A DNA stretch of 64,000 nt from an uncultured Actinomycetota bacterium (GCA_963734315.1 CAVTGP010000006.1:9338-73337); one strand, 5' to 3'. Counted from the stretch's first letter, positions 1 to 10,072 are shown. The notes: generated from the sequence alone by a model not told the origin. Translations and numbers: made by a program.

Positions 1-29
1 TATACACCGGATCTTCACGCCGTCAACGC

Positions 30-59
30 TTGGAATTACTGAACCGGTTCAGTTATAGT
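30..59 (+). promoter_or_regulatory. Putative sigma-70-type promoter with a LacI-family operator in the spacer
   Basis: TTGGAA (30-35), an 18-nt spacer and TATAGT (54-59). The spacer holds a perfect 16-bp palindrome ACTGAACCGGTTCAGT (38-53) with a LacI-type AAnCGnTT core. It lies upstream of a sugar ABC operon. Confidence 0.7.
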
Positions 60-129
60 CACCCTGGCGTCACGTGCGCTCCCCGGGGACGGGAGCGGCG
101 AGCGCCCATCAAGAGACGAAGGAGTCACA

Positions 130-1434
130 ATGAGGAAACGCGTCATCGCCGCGGCAGCGCTGGCGGCCACGATCTCGCTCGTGGCGGCGGGCTGCAGCAG
201 CAGCGGTTCGACATCGTCGGCCAGCGGGTCGACGATCACCTACTGGGCGAGCAACCAGGGGACCAGCCTCGACAACGACAAGCAGGTCCTCACCCCGGTG
301 CTGGACGACTTCACCAAGCAGACCGGCGTGAAGGTCAAGCTCGAGGTCATCGGCTGGAACGACCTGCAGACGCGCATCCAGACCGCGGTCACCTCCGGCC
401 AGGGTCCCGATGTGCTCAACATCGGCAACACGTGGGCCGCCTCCCTGCAGGCGACCGGTGCCTTCCTGCCGTTCGGCGACAGCGAGATGAAGGCCATCGG
501 AGGCAGCGACAAGTTCGTGAAGACCGCGCTCGACACGGGCGGTGTGGCGGGCAAGACGCCCACCAGCGTCCCGCTGTACGGCCTCGCCTACGGCCTCTAC
601 TACAACAAGAAGATGCTCTCGGATGCGGGAGTTCAGCCGCCCACGACCTGGGAGCAGCTGGTCACCGACGCCAAGAAGCTGACCACCGGTACGCAGTACG
701 GGTTCTCGCTCGCAGCGGGCAGCTACACCGAGAACGCGCACTTCGCGTTCATCAACTCGGCGCAGAACGGCGGTGAATGGTTCGACAGCAAGGGCAACCC
801 TACCTTCACCACTACTGAGAACGTCGACGGCATCAAGCGCTACCTCGACCTGATGCAGACCGACAAGGTCGTCAACACCTCCAACGCGCAGTACGACAAC
901 GGCGTCCAGGCGGTCAACGACTTCGCAACCGGCAAGGTCGCAATGATCCTCAACCAGAACAACGCCGACAGCTCGATCGCCGCCAACGGCATGAAGTCCG
1001 ACCAGTACGGCGTGGTGCCGTTCCCGTCGCCCGATGGCGGCAAGCCCGTCGCCAGCCACGTGGCGGGCATCAACCTGTCGATCTTCAAGAACACCAAGAA
1101 CAAGGACGCCGCTCTCGAGTTCGTCAAGTTCATGACGAGCGAGTCGACGCAGACGACGCTCGGCAAGCCATACTCGAGCCTGCCCGTGCTGAAGGGCGCC
1201 AAGGCCGTCTTCACGGACAACCCGGACGAGGCCGCGACGTTCACGAAGATCTACAACGAGATGTCCAAGCCTCTGCCGCTGGTGCCGGCCGAGGACCAGT
1301 TCGAGAACACCGTCGGCAAGGCGATGAACGACATGTTCGCCAAGATCGCCACCGGCGGCACAGTCTCCGACTCCGACATCAAGTCGGCACTGCAGAACGC
1401 GCAGGACCAGGTCAAGCAGTCGATCGGCGGCTGA
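130..1434 (+). CDS. Sugar ABC transporter substrate-binding lipoprotein (CUT1 family)
   Basis: AAGGAG RBS; lipobox VAAGC; GPDV and VPLYGLAYGLYYNK motifs; PTTWEQL; followed by two permeases. Confidence 0.93.
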   Translation: MRKRVIAAAALAATISLVAAGCSSSGSTSSASGSTITYWASNQGTSLDNDKQVLTPVLDDFTKQTGVKVKLEVIGWNDLQTRIQTAVTSGQGPDVLNIGNTWAASLQATGAFLPFGDSEMKAIGGSDKFVKTALDTGGVAGKTPTSVPLYGLAYGLYYNKKMLSDAGVQPPTTWEQLVTDAKKLTTGTQYGFSLAAGSYTENAHFAFINSAQNGGEWFDSKGNPTFTTTENVDGIKRYLDLMQTDKVVNTSNAQYDNGVQAVNDFATGKVAMILNQNNADSSIAANGMKSDQYGVVPFPSPDGGKPVASHVAGINLSIFKNTKNKDAALEFVKFMTSESTQTTLGKPYSSLPVLKGAKAVFTDNPDEAATFTKIYNEMSKPLPLVPAEDQFENTVGKAMNDMFAKIATGGTVSDSDIKSALQNAQDQVKQSIGG

Positions 1435-1449
1435 CGCTCTGAACGACAC

Positions 1450-1483
1450 GCTCGCCGGGCGGGAGCGCATCCGCCCGGCGAGC
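1450..1483 (+). terminator. Intra-operon stem-loop after the binding-protein gene (mRNA stabiliser or partial terminator)
   Basis: Perfect 13-bp stem GCTCGCCGGGCGG / CCGCCCGGCGAGC with an 8-nt loop and no U-tract. Confidence 0.65.
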
Positions 1484-1505
1484 ACGTACCACCTGAAGGA
1501 GACCC

Positions 1506-2489
1506 ATGTCGACGACGACAGACGTCCGCGGACCGGCGGCCGCGCAGAAGCCGGTTCCGGCGCCGCCCGCACCCAAACGGAAGCGCCCCAAGGGGTGGTG
1601 GCTCCCGTTCCTCCTGCTCGCACCCGCGATCGTGTTCGAGCTGCTCATCCACGTCGTCCCGATGCTCACGGGCATCTGGATCAGCTTCCTGCAGCTCACC
1701 AAGTTCTTCATCGCGAACTGGAGCGAGGCGCCGTTCGTCGGCCTCAAGAACTACCAGGTCGCGCTCGACTTCAACGGCTCGGTAGGCGCCGGCCTGCTGC
1801 AGTCGTTCTTCGTGACGGTCGGCTTCACCATCCTGGTGGTCGGGCTCTCCTGGGTGTTCGGGATGGCCGCAGCGGTCGCCCTGCAGGGCCGTTTCCGGGG
1901 CCGTGCGCTCTTCCGCACGCTGTTCCTCGTGCCCTACGCGCTGCCGCTCTACGCCGGCATCATCACGTGGAAGTTCATGTTCCAGAAGGACACGGGCGCG
2001 ATCAACCACTTCCTCTACGACAACCTGGGGCTCCCCGGCGACAAGCCGTTCTGGCTGATCGGCGGCAACGCGTTCTGGGCGATCGTCATCGTCGCCATCT
2101 GGAGGCTCTGGCCTTTCGCCTTCCTCATGCTGATGGCAGGGCTCCAGTCGATCTCGACCGAGGTCTACGAGGCGTCGGCCGTCGACGGGGCCAAGCCGTT
2201 CCGCCAGTGGCGCTCCATCACGCTCCCGATGCTGCGCCCGGTGAACTCGGTGCTGCTGCTCGTGATGTTCCTCTGGACGTTCAACGACTTCAACACGCCG
2301 TACGTGCTCTTCGGGAGCACAGCACAGCCCGCGGCGGGCGACCTCATCTCGTTCCACATCTACAACGCGTCGTTCCTGACCTGGAACTTCGGCTCCGGCG
2401 CTGCGATGAGCGTGCTTCTGCTGCTGTTCCTGCTGCTGGTCACCGGCGTCTATCTGATCTTCGTCAACCGGAGGAACCGCAATGCGTGA
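1506..2489 (+). CDS. Carbohydrate ABC transporter permease (MalF/UgpA-like)
   Basis: FVGLKNY motif; EAA loop (YEASAVDGA); several TM segments. Confidence 0.93.
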   Translation: MSTTTDVRGPAAAQKPVPAPPAPKRKRPKGWWLPFLLLAPAIVFELLIHVVPMLTGIWISFLQLTKFFIANWSEAPFVGLKNYQVALDFNGSVGAGLLQSFFVTVGFTILVVGLSWVFGMAAAVALQGRFRGRALFRTLFLVPYALPLYAGIITWKFMFQKDTGAINHFLYDNLGLPGDKPFWLIGGNAFWAIVIVAIWRLWPFAFLMLMAGLQSISTEVYEASAVDGAKPFRQWRSITLPMLRPVNSVLLLVMFLWTFNDFNTPYVLFGSTAQPAAGDLISFHIYNASFLTWNFGSGAAMSVLLLLFLLLVTGVYLIFVNRRNRNA

Positions 2490-3321
2490 GACCCGATCTT
2501 CACACGTCTTCCGCTGGGTCGTCGTCGTCGTCCTGACGATCTTCACGGTCGTCCCGCTGTACGTGATGGTGACGTCGTCGATGAAGCCGCTGGCGGAGGT
2601 GCAGGGCGCGTTCACCTGGTGGCCGCAGACGATCACCTTCCAGCCGTTCATCGACATGTGGACGACCGTGCCGCTGGCGTCGTACTTCGTCAACAGCCTC
2701 ATCGTGTCGAGCGCGGCGACGCTCATCAGCCTGGTGATCGCCGTCTTCGCGGCGTACGCCGTGTCGCGCTACCGGTTCAAGGGCCGGAACGTCTTCACGA
2801 CGACCGTGCTGTCCACGCAGATGTTCCCCGGTGTGCTCTTCCTGCTGCCGCTGTTCCTGATCTTCGTGAACATCAACCAGGCGGTCGGCATCCAGCTCGT
2901 CGGCACGCGGTGGGGCCTCATCATCACGTACTTCACGTTCGTGCTGCCGTTCTCGATCTGGATGCTCGCCGGCTACTTCGACGGTATCCCGCGCGAGCTG
3001 GACGAGGCAGCGAAGGTTGACGGCTCCGGCCCGATGGGCGCGCTCTGGCACGTCGTGATTCCCGCGGCCCGGCCCGGCCTCATCGCCGTCGCCATCTACT
3101 CCTTCATGACCAGTTGGGGTGAGGTGCTCTTCGCATCCGTGATGACGACGGACGAGAACCGGACGCTCGCAGTGGGTCTGCAGCTCTACTCGACGCAGAC
3201 AAACGTCTACTGGAACCAGATCATGGCGGCCTCCCTCGTGGTGTCGGTCCCGATCGTGGTCGCGTTCCTGCTGCTGCAACGCAACTTCGTCGCAGGCCTG
3301 ACCGCCGGGGCGGTCAAGTGA
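2482..3321 (+). CDS. Carbohydrate ABC transporter permease (MalG/UgpE-like)
   Basis: IPRELDEAAKVDG EAA loop; C-terminal FVAGLTAGAVK; overlaps the upstream stop. Confidence 0.93.
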   Translation: MRETRSSHVFRWVVVVVLTIFTVVPLYVMVTSSMKPLAEVQGAFTWWPQTITFQPFIDMWTTVPLASYFVNSLIVSSAATLISLVIAVFAAYAVSRYRFKGRNVFTTTVLSTQMFPGVLFLLPLFLIFVNINQAVGIQLVGTRWGLIITYFTFVLPFSIWMLAGYFDGIPRELDEAAKVDGSGPMGALWHVVIPAARPGLIAVAIYSFMTSWGEVLFASVMTTDENRTLAVGLQLYSTQTNVYWNQIMAASLVVSVPIVVAFLLLQRNFVAGLTAGAVK

Positions 3322-3344
3322 GATCCCGGAACTCGGAAGGAAGC

Positions 3345-5273
3345 ATGGATCGTCCATCCCCTGTGCTCACGGTCGACGACGCACCCGTGGTCTGGCTCGG
3401 AGCGAACTTCTGGTCGCGCACCGGAGGGCCGCTCATGTGGAAGCGCTACGACCCCGCGATCCTCCGCGAGGAGCTGCGCGTCCTCGCCGACCACGGTCTG
3501 AACATGACGCGGTCGTTCTTCTACTGGCCCGACTTCCATCCCACGCCGGACACGCTCGACGAGCAGTGCCTGGCCAACTTCGCCGACTTCCTCGACGCGC
3601 ACACCGAGATCGGGATGACGACCGTGCCGACCTTCCTGGTCGGGCACATGTCGGGAGAGAACTGGGACCCGGCCTGGCGGGAGGGCCGCGACCTCTACAG
3701 CGACGTCTGGTTCGTCGGTCGCCAGGCCTGGTACGTGCGGGAGCTGACCGCGCGGTTCGCCGCGCATCCCGCCGTCGCCGGCTGGCTGCTGACGAACGAG
3801 GTGCCGATCTACGGCGGTGAGGCGCCGCGCCCGATCGTCGACGCCTGGGCGTCGCTGCTGGTCGACGCTGTCCGGGCGGGCGGCGGTACCCAGCCGGTCT
3901 CGGTCGGCGACGGCGCGTGGGGCATCGAGACCACCGGTCACGACAACGGCTTCTCGGTGCGTGACCTCGCGCGGTACACCGACTTCGTCGGCCCGCACGT
4001 CTACCGCATGGAGACCGACCAGATCCGGCAGCACCTGAAGGCGGCGTACATCGCCGAGCTGGCGGGTGTCGGCGGCCTCCCGGTGATCATGGAGGAGTTC
4101 GGGCTCACCAGCGACTTCGTCTCCGACGAGGGCGCCGCGTCGTACTACCGGCAGCTGCTCTACACGACCCTGCTCGCCGGCGCGACCGGGTGGATCGCCT
4201 GGAACAACACCGACTACGACGACCTGGCCGACCAGCGCCCGTACTCGCACCACCCGTTCGAGATGCACTTCGGCATCACCGACCGCACCGGCGCCCCCAA
4301 GCCGCCGCTGCGCGAGCTCGCCCGGTTCGCCGCCGACCTCGCCGCGATCGACCTCCCGAACGTGGAGCGCACCCCGGTCGACGCCGCCATCGTGGTGCCG
4401 TCGCATCTGGAGGCCGACTATCCGTTCACGCAGGAGGACGAGCGCGCGCACATCGTGGTCACCGGCGAGCAGTCGTATCTCGCCGCGCACGAGGCGCACA
4501 TCCCGGTGGCGGTGGTCCGCGAGCGCGAGGACGGCGGGATCCCGGCCGGGTACGGCCTCTACCTGCTGCCGTCGGTCAAGCAGCTCTGCGCCACCTCCTG
4601 GTTGCAGCTGGAGGAGCTCGCCCGCGGCGGTGCGACCGTGTACGCGTCGTACTCCCACGGCGACAGCGGCGTGCAGCGCGGACCGTGGTGGGCCAACACC
4701 GAGGCGCTCTTCGGCGTGCGGACGGCGAGCTCGTACGGCCTGGCTGAGCCGGTCACCGACGAGGTCGCCACCGTGCGCTTCGTGCAGGACTTCGCGGGTC
4801 TGACGTCCGGAACGACCCTGTCGTTCCCGGCTGCCGGCAACGAGAACAGCCGGACGTTCCTTCCGGTCCGGGCGACCTCCGGGACAGTCGTGGCTGTGGA
4901 CGCCCACGGCCGGCCCGCGATCGTCGTGAAGGAGCACGGCGCGGGTCGTGCGGTGCTCTGCACCTATCCGATCGAGTTCTTCGCGTCCGCTCGGGCGCGC
5001 GTGAACCCGGAGGACACCTGGAAGCTGTACGCGGCGCTCGCCGACCTGGCCGATGTGGAGCGCGACGTGCGCCTCGACGACCCTCGGGTGTTCGCGGACA
5101 CCCTGGTGCACGACGACGGCCGCCGCTTCGTCGTGTTCGTCTCTCAGCACGCGACGCCGATCACGGTTCGGCCGCGGGTGGCGGGGGAGCTGCGCACGCT
5201 GCGCGGCGAGCCCACCGCAGAGCTGACGCTCGACCCGTACGGCGTCGCCGTCCGCGAGCTCGTCCTCGACTGA
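3345..5273 (+). CDS. Clan GH-A glycoside hydrolase, GH5-like (possible beta-mannosidase), with C-terminal GH42-like accessory domains
   Basis: GANFW..MW N-terminus; acid/base WLLTNE; nucleophile MEEFG; GWIAWN. No signal peptide. ATG at 3345 follows GGAAGGAAG. Confidence 0.75.
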   Translation: MDRPSPVLTVDDAPVVWLGANFWSRTGGPLMWKRYDPAILREELRVLADHGLNMTRSFFYWPDFHPTPDTLDEQCLANFADFLDAHTEIGMTTVPTFLVGHMSGENWDPAWREGRDLYSDVWFVGRQAWYVRELTARFAAHPAVAGWLLTNEVPIYGGEAPRPIVDAWASLLVDAVRAGGGTQPVSVGDGAWGIETTGHDNGFSVRDLARYTDFVGPHVYRMETDQIRQHLKAAYIAELAGVGGLPVIMEEFGLTSDFVSDEGAASYYRQLLYTTLLAGATGWIAWNNTDYDDLADQRPYSHHPFEMHFGITDRTGAPKPPLRELARFAADLAAIDLPNVERTPVDAAIVVPSHLEADYPFTQEDERAHIVVTGEQSYLAAHEAHIPVAVVREREDGGIPAGYGLYLLPSVKQLCATSWLQLEELARGGATVYASYSHGDSGVQRGPWWANTEALFGVRTASSYGLAEPVTDEVATVRFVQDFAGLTSGTTLSFPAAGNENSRTFLPVRATSGTVVAVDAHGRPAIVVKEHGAGRAVLCTYPIEFFASARARVNPEDTWKLYAALADLADVERDVRLDDPRVFADTLVHDDGRRFVVFVSQHATPITVRPRVAGELRTLRGEPTAELTLDPYGVAVRELVLD

Positions 5274-5281
5274 CGACCAGT

Positions 5282-5338
5282 CGAGGGGCACGCAAACGCC
5301 CCTAAAAGCGAGTTCTAGGGGCGTTTGCGTGCCCTTCG
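5282..5338. terminator. Long inverted repeat between convergent genes (bidirectional terminator or REP-like element)
   Basis: 23-bp arms CGAGGGGCACGCAAACGCCCCTA / TAGGGGCGTTTGCGTGCCCTTCG (one G-U pair) with an 11-nt loop. Confidence 0.75.
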
Positions 5339-5346
5339 GTGAACCG

Positions 5347-6816
5347 TCAGGAGGCCGCGGGCGCGTGGCGCTCGAGGAAGTCGAAGACCTCGGTGGAGTC
5401 CACGCCGGGGAACGTCCCGGTCGGCAGCGCCGCGAGCAGTGACGTGGGCGTGCGCGCGGCTGGCCACGCCATGCCCTCCCAGCGTTCCGCCAGGGCTCCG
5501 GAGGGCCGCCGGCAGCACGACTCGTCCGGGCAGCGCGACACCGCGCGGTGCGTCGTCTCACGGCCGCGGAACCACTTCACGTGCGCGAACGGCACACCGA
5601 CGCTCACCGAGTAGTCGCCCTCCTTGGCCTTCTCGATGCGGGATGTGCACCAGAACGTGCCGCGCGGGGTGTCCGTGTACTGGTAGTACGGGCTGAACCG
5701 GTCGGCGACGTCGAAGACCGTCCGCGCGGTCCAGCTGCGGCAGACCGGCGTGCCCTCGATGGCGCCGAGGGCGTCGGACGGGAACGCGACGGAGTCGTTC
5801 TCGTACGCCTTGATGATCGTGCCCGACTCGTGCACCTTCATGAAGTGCACCGGGATGCCGAGCCGTGCGGTCGCAAGGTTGGTGAACCGGTGGCAGGCCG
5901 TCTCGTACGACACCGCGAAGGCGTCGCGGAGGTCCTCCATCGAGATGCGCCGGAAGTTCTTGGCCTCGGTGAGAAACGCCACCGCGTCCTTCTCGGGCAG
6001 GAGCAGCGCGGCGGTCAGGTAGTTGGTCTCCACCCGCTGCCGCAGAAAGTCGGCGTAATTTCGCGGCTCGTCATGACTGAGCAACTGGGAGGCGAACGCC
6101 TGCAGGATGGGGGAGCGGGAGTCGCGGGAGGCCGACTGCTCGGTGGGCAGGTAGATGCGCCCGTTGCGCTTGTCGGTCACCGAGCGGGTGGAGTGCGGCA
6201 GGTCGCCAACGTAGTGCAGCGAGAACCCGAGGTGGTCGGCCATGTCGGCGACGGTCTGGTGCGAGACCGGGCCGCCGGTGTGGCCGACGGCGCCGAGCAG
6301 GTCGGAGGCGATGGCCTCCAGGTCGGCGAAGTAGTTGTCGCGCGCCCGCATCGTCGCCCGCAGCTCCGCGTTGGCGCGGCGCGCCTCCTCCGGGGTCGCG
6401 GCCCGCTCGCGGTGCAGCCGCCCGACCTCCTGGTGCAGGGCGAGGATGGCCCGCAGCGTCGCGTCGGGAACCGACTTCGACACCCGCACCGGATCGATGC
6501 CGAGCGCGGCGAACACCGGGCCGCGCTGGGCGCGTTCGACGGCGATCTCGAGGGCAGCGCGCTCGTCGGGCGCATCGGGGGCGAGGAGGTCGTCCACGGT
6601 CACACCCAGCGTTGCGGCGATGGCGCGCAGCTGGGCGAGTCGCGGCTCGCGGTTGCCGTTCTCGATCGCCGAGACCTGCGAGGGCGCGCGGTCGATCGAC
6701 GTGGCCAGGGCCTCCAGGGTCATCGCCTTCTCGAGCCGGTAGGCGCGCACGCGGCGCCCCAGGGTGAGTGCGTCGGTCGCGGTCGCCTCGTCGACCCTGA
6801 CAGCGGTGTCGATCAT
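5347..6816 (-). CDS. ramB: XRE-family transcriptional regulator of RamB/PrpR (short-chain acyl-CoA regulator) type
   Basis: N-terminal XRE HTH (SQVSAIENGNREP); NYF..LE; AALLLP; FAVSYETACHRFTNL; Cys-rich C-terminus; divergent from aceA. Confidence 0.8.
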   Translation of the reverse strand: MIDTAVRVDEATATDALTLGRRVRAYRLEKAMTLEALATSIDRAPSQVSAIENGNREPRLAQLRAIAATLGVTVDDLLAPDAPDERAALEIAVERAQRGPVFAALGIDPVRVSKSVPDATLRAILALHQEVGRLHRERAATPEEARRANAELRATMRARDNYFADLEAIASDLLGAVGHTGGPVSHQTVADMADHLGFSLHYVGDLPHSTRSVTDKRNGRIYLPTEQSASRDSRSPILQAFASQLLSHDEPRNYADFLRQRVETNYLTAALLLPEKDAVAFLTEAKNFRRISMEDLRDAFAVSYETACHRFTNLATARLGIPVHFMKVHESGTIIKAYENDSVAFPSDALGAIEGTPVCRSWTARTVFDVADRFSPYYQYTDTPRGTFWCTSRIEKAKEGDYSVSVGVPFAHVKWFRGRETTHRAVSRCPDESCCRRPSGALAERWEGMAWPAARTPTSLLAALPTGTFPGVDSTEVFDFLERHAPAAS

Positions 6817-6851
6817 GCAGGCCATCGTGACACTCGACCGGAGTTCTGGCA

Positions 6852-6881
6852 AACAGAAGAACCCGGGAACTTCTGTTGACG
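6852..6881. promoter_or_regulatory. Palindromic candidate operator overlapping the putative aceA -35
   Basis: AACAGAAG-aaCCCGGGaa-CTTCTGTT (6852-6877) overlaps TTGACG (6876-6881) in the divergent ramB/aceA gap. Confidence 0.55.
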
Positions 6882-6948
6882 GATCTTCTCCGCGGTTACC
6901 CGGGGGCGGGCACGATCGTGTCATCCGATCAGACCGATGGAGGTCCCC

Positions 6949-8256
6949 ATGAACAGCTCAGCCCACCCTGGCGACACCACGCAGACCGCCGCCGAGCTCC
7001 GGCTCGAGTGGGATGCCGACCCGCGCTGGTCCGGCATCCGCCGCGACTACACGGCCGAGGATGTCGTGGCGCTCCGCGGCTCGGTCCGCGAGGAGCAGAC
7101 GCTCGCGCGGCGCGGCGCCGAGCGGCTGTGGGAGCTCATCCAGCGCGACGGCACCGGGCCCGACGCGCAGTGGGTCGCCGCGCTCGGCGCCCTCACCGGA
7201 AACCAGGCGGTGCAGCAGGTGCGAGCGGGTCTGGAGGCCATCTACCTCTCGGGCTGGCAGGTCGCCGCCGACGCCAACCTGTCGGGCCAGACCTACCCCG
7301 ACCAGAGTCTGTACCCGGCGAACTCGGTCCCTGCCGTGGTGCGCCGCATCAACAACGCACTGCTGCGCGCGGGCCAGGTCGAGGGCGTGGACGGCCCCGT
7401 CGCCGACTGGATGGCACCGATCGTCGCCGACGCCGAGGCCGGGTTCGGGGGGCCGCTGAACGCCTACGAGCTGATGCACGGCATGATCCAGGCGGGAGCC
7501 GCGGGTGTGCACTGGGAGGATCAGCTGGCGAGCGAGAAGAAGTGCGGTCACATGGGCGGCAAGGTGCTCGTCCCGACCGGTCAGCACATCCGCACGCTGG
7601 ACGCGGCCCGGCTCGCCGCAGACGTGGCCGGGGTGCCGACGATCGTCATCGCCCGCACCGACTCGCTCGCGGCGACGCTGCTCACGAGCGACCACGACGA
7701 GCGTGACCGCCCGTTCCTCACCGGCACGCGCACCGCCGAGGGCTTCTACGAGGTGCGGGGCGGCATCGAGCCGGTCATCGCTCGCGGCCTCGCCTACGCG
7801 CCGTACGCCGACCTGCTCTGGGTGGAGTCGGCCGAGCCCGACCTGGAGCTCGCGCGCCGGTTCGCCGAGGCGATTCACGCCGAGTTCCCCGGCAAGAAGC
7901 TGGCGTACAACTGCTCGCCGTCGTTCAACTGGCGCAAGCACCTCGACGACGAGACGATCGCCCGCTTCCAGCGCGAGCTGGCGGCGATGGGCTATGCCTT
8001 CCAGTTCATCACCCTCGCGGGCTTCCACGCCCTCAACTACTCGATGTTCACGCTCGCCAAGGACTACGCCGACCGGCAGATGAGCGCGTACGTGGACCTC
8101 CAGGAGGCCGAGTTCGCCTCCGAGAGTTCCGGCTACACCGCCACCCGCCACCAGCGGGAGGTCGGCACCGGCTACTTCGACCGAATCGCCACCGCGCTCA
8201 ACCCCAACAGCGCCACTCTCGCCCTAGTCGGCTCCACCGAACAACACCAATTCTAA
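6949..8256 (+). CDS. aceA: Isocitrate lyase
   Basis: Catalytic KKCGHMGGK; [13 protein letters not shown]; YNCSPSFNW; [11 protein letters not shown]; GGAGG RBS before ATG 6949. Confidence 0.97.
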   Translation: MNSSAHPGDTTQTAAELRLEWDADPRWSGIRRDYTAEDVVALRGSVREEQTLARRGAERLWELIQRDGTGPDAQWVAALGALTGNQAVQQVRAGLEAIYLSGWQVAADANLSGQTYPDQSLYPANSVPAVVRRINNALLRAGQVEGVDGPVADWMAPIVADAEAGFGGPLNAYELMHGMIQAGAAGVHWEDQLASEKKCGHMGGKVLVPTGQHIRTLDAARLAADVAGVPTIVIARTDSLAATLLTSDHDERDRPFLTGTRTAEGFYEVRGGIEPVIARGLAYAPYADLLWVESAEPDLELARRFAEAIHAEFPGKKLAYNCSPSFNWRKHLDDETIARFQRELAAMGYAFQFITLAGFHALNYSMFTLAKDYADRQMSAYVDLQEAEFASESSGYTATRHQREVGTGYFDRIATALNPNSATLALVGSTEQHQF

Positions 8257-8283
8257 CGACCCCACCCCCACCCACCATCACTC

Positions 8284-8330
8284 CCGGAGTTATGTACGCG
8301 ACACGCCGTACAGAGCGTGCACAAGTCCGG
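8284..8330. repeat. Imperfect palindromic (REP-like) element between aceA and aceB
   Basis: Arms CCGGAGTTATGTACGC / GCGTGCACAAGTCCGG pair at 13 of 16 positions; the loop region contains CGACACGCCG. Confidence 0.45.
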
Positions 8331-8365
8331 AATCGATAGCGGGGGGCAGAGAAGGAGACACGACC

Positions 8366-10036
8366 ATGATCGAGATCACCGGGCCCCGCGTCGACGGGGC
8401 CGACGACATCCTGACCCCGGAGGCGCTCGCCTTCGTCGACCATCTGCACCAGGCGTTCGCCGCCCGCCGCCAGGAGCTCCTGCTGGAGCGCCACCGCCGC
8501 CGGTCGGAGGCCGGCAACGGCCGCGACCCGAAGTTCCTCACCACGACGGAGGCCATCCGCGAGGATCCCACCTGGCGGGTCGCCGGCGCCGGACCCGGCC
8601 TGGAGGACCGACGCGTCGAGATCACCGGCCCGACCGACCCGAAGATGGCGATCAACGCGCTCAACTCGGGCGCGCGGGTCTGGCTCGCCGACCTGGAGGA
8701 CGCCACGAGCCCGACCTGGGGGAACATCGTCGGGGGCCAGCGCACCCTGCACGACGCAGTGCGCGGGCAGCTCGACTTCACCAGCCCCGAGGGAAAGGAC
8801 TACAGGGTCACCACCCCGCACGAGCACACTCCCACCATCGTGATGCGTCCGCGCGGCTGGCACCTGGTCGAGAAGCACCTGGCCTTCACCGACCGGTCGG
8901 GACGCATCACGCCGGCCAGCGCCTCCCTCACCGACTTCGGGCTGTACTTCTGGCACAATGCGGCGGAGCTGGTCGCGTCGGGCCGCGGTCCGTACTTCTA
9001 CCTCCCCAAGCTGGAGTCCCACCTGGAGGCGCGGCTGTGGAACGACATCTTCGTCTTCGCCCAGCAGCGCATCGGGATGCCGGTCGGCACGGTGCGCGCG
9101 ACGGTCCTCATCGAGACGATCCCTGCCGCGTTCGAGATGGAGGAGATCCTCTACGAGCTGCGCGACCACTGCGCCGGCCTGAACGCCGGCCGCTGGGACT
9201 ACATCTTCTCGATCATCAAGACGTTCCTCGGCCGCGGACGACGCTTCGCGTTCGGTGATCGGCGCGGGATCACGATGACCGTCCCGTTCATGCGCGCTTA
9301 CACCGAACTGCTGGTGGCGACCTGCCACAAGCGCGGCGCGCACGCGATCGGCGGGATGAGCGCGTTCATCCCCAACCGGCGCGACGCGGAGGCCACCGAG
9401 CGCGCACTCGCTCAGGTCGCCGACGACAAGCGCCGGGAGGCCGGCGACGGCTTCGACGGCACCTGGGTCGCGCATCCCGACCTCATCCCCACGGCGCTCG
9501 CCGAGTTCGACGCGGTGCTGGGCGACCGGCCGAACCAGGTCGACCGGCTGCGCGACGACGTGCGCGTCACCGCTCACGACCTGCTCGACATCAGCTCGGC
9601 GGGCGGAACCGTGACCGACGCCGGCGTCCTTTCGAACGTCTCAGTCGCGCTGCGGTACATCGAGTCCTGGCTGCGCGGCACGGGCGCTGTCGCGATCGAC
9701 GGGCTCATGGAGGACGCGGCGACCGCCGAGATCTCCCGCTCGTTGCTGCGCCAGTGGATCGAGAACCGCGTGGTGACCGACGAGGGCACGACGGTCGACC
9801 GAGCGCTCGTCGCCGGGGTCGTGGAGGAGGAGCGCCGTCGCCTCACGGCTGCGGCGCGCACCGCCGGAGCGGACGACCGCTTCGACGATGCCGCCGACCT
9901 GCTGCGCGAGGTGTCGCTCGCGGAGGAGTTCCCGACGTTCCTGACGATCCCGGCGTACGCGTGTTTCCTCGTGGACGAACCGCAGGTCGAGGAGCCCCGG
10001 GCGAATGAACACCGCGAGCTGGCGCCGGCCGTCTGA
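8366..10036 (+). CDS. aceB: Malate synthase A
   Basis: DRRVEITGP; INALNSGA; MRPRGWHL; GLNAGRWDYIFS; GFDGTWVAHP; LMEDAATAEISR. Confidence 0.96.
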   Translation: MIEITGPRVDGADDILTPEALAFVDHLHQAFAARRQELLLERHRRRSEAGNGRDPKFLTTTEAIREDPTWRVAGAGPGLEDRRVEITGPTDPKMAINALNSGARVWLADLEDATSPTWGNIVGGQRTLHDAVRGQLDFTSPEGKDYRVTTPHEHTPTIVMRPRGWHLVEKHLAFTDRSGRITPASASLTDFGLYFWHNAAELVASGRGPYFYLPKLESHLEARLWNDIFVFAQQRIGMPVGTVRATVLIETIPAAFEMEEILYELRDHCAGLNAGRWDYIFSIIKTFLGRGRRFAFGDRRGITMTVPFMRAYTELLVATCHKRGAHAIGGMSAFIPNRRDAEATERALAQVADDKRREAGDGFDGTWVAHPDLIPTALAEFDAVLGDRPNQVDRLRDDVRVTAHDLLDISSAGGTVTDAGVLSNVSVALRYIESWLRGTGAVAIDGLMEDAATAEISRSLLRQWIENRVVTDEGTTVDRALVAGVVEEERRRLTAAARTAGADDRFDDAADLLREVSLAEEFPTFLTIPAYACFLVDEPQVEEPRANEHRELAPAV

Positions 10037-10072
10037 ACCGGGCGCGGGCGGTGCCGACGGCTGTGGTCGCCG

